In this document: positions 63,690 to 64,000 of the stretch, in pieces
How positions within the stretch are numbered: the first letter of the stretch is position 1
Layout of the letters: every line of letters begins with the position of its first letter
Notes under the pieces: generated by a model
The model's database searches: none
Seen by the model: the letters and a program-made list of their open reading frames with translations, nothing else
What the model was told of the DNA's origin: nothing
Translations under genes and position numbers: made by a program
Source: Squalus acanthias
Taxonomy: Eukaryota
DNA length: 64,000 nt
Direction of reading: 5' to 3'
Assembly: GCA_030390025.1 (NCBI GenBank)
Contig: CM059431.1
Span: 140,370,001 to 140,434,000 of the forward strand

Positions 63690-64000
63690 CCGCTGTCCTA
63701 GGGGAAGTGTTTGCTAGTGCTGCTGGGGAGGATTTAAACTAATGTGGCAGGGGGTCGGGAACCTGAGCAGGGAGACAGAGGAAAGCATGTCAGGAAGGGA
63801 CAGAAGGTATGGAGTAAAAGGTAAAGTGTTAAATAAGGAAAAAGCAGGAAGTAAGTGTCGCAAAACACATTTGGAAGTTCTTTATCTGAATGCACGTAGC
63901 ATTCGTGACAAAATTGACGAGTTAACGGCACAAATAACTATGTAAGGGTATGATCTTGCGGCCATTACAGAAACATGGCTGCAGGGTGACAACGTCTGGG
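63690..64000 (+). mobile_element. CR1 LINE, ORF1 end and ORF2 start, running off the window
   Basis: LEVLYLNARSIRDKIDELTAQI, AITETWL. Confidence 0.88.

Overview
This is vertebrate genomic DNA, most likely from a shark or ray (inferred from the CR1/L2/Penelope/DeuSINE repeat set and the gene families), and is roughly two-thirds repeats. Three host genes are supported. The first is the 3' part of an intact NLR gene (+; NACHT exon 1401-3135 plus six LRR exons to a stop at 9101), with its N-terminal exons outside the window or not found. The other two are intact two-exon GPR139/GPR142-like class A GPCR paralogues facing each other (36367-37777 +, 52235-50808 -), lying in a large old inverted duplication marked by mirror-image minisatellites. 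The rest is decayed CR1 and L2-group LINEs, Penelope-like elements, a DeuSINE, Harbinger-type remnants and many minisatellites. The most unusual structure is a young Penelope-derived foldback (453-bp arms, 18-nt loop, 12-bp target-site duplication). It lies between the NLR stop codon and the first poly(A) signals and carries a minimal hammerhead-ribozyme motif in each arm. Eight such hammerhead motifs from two Penelope families occur in the window. All calls were made by eye with no database searches, and repeat boundaries are approximate.
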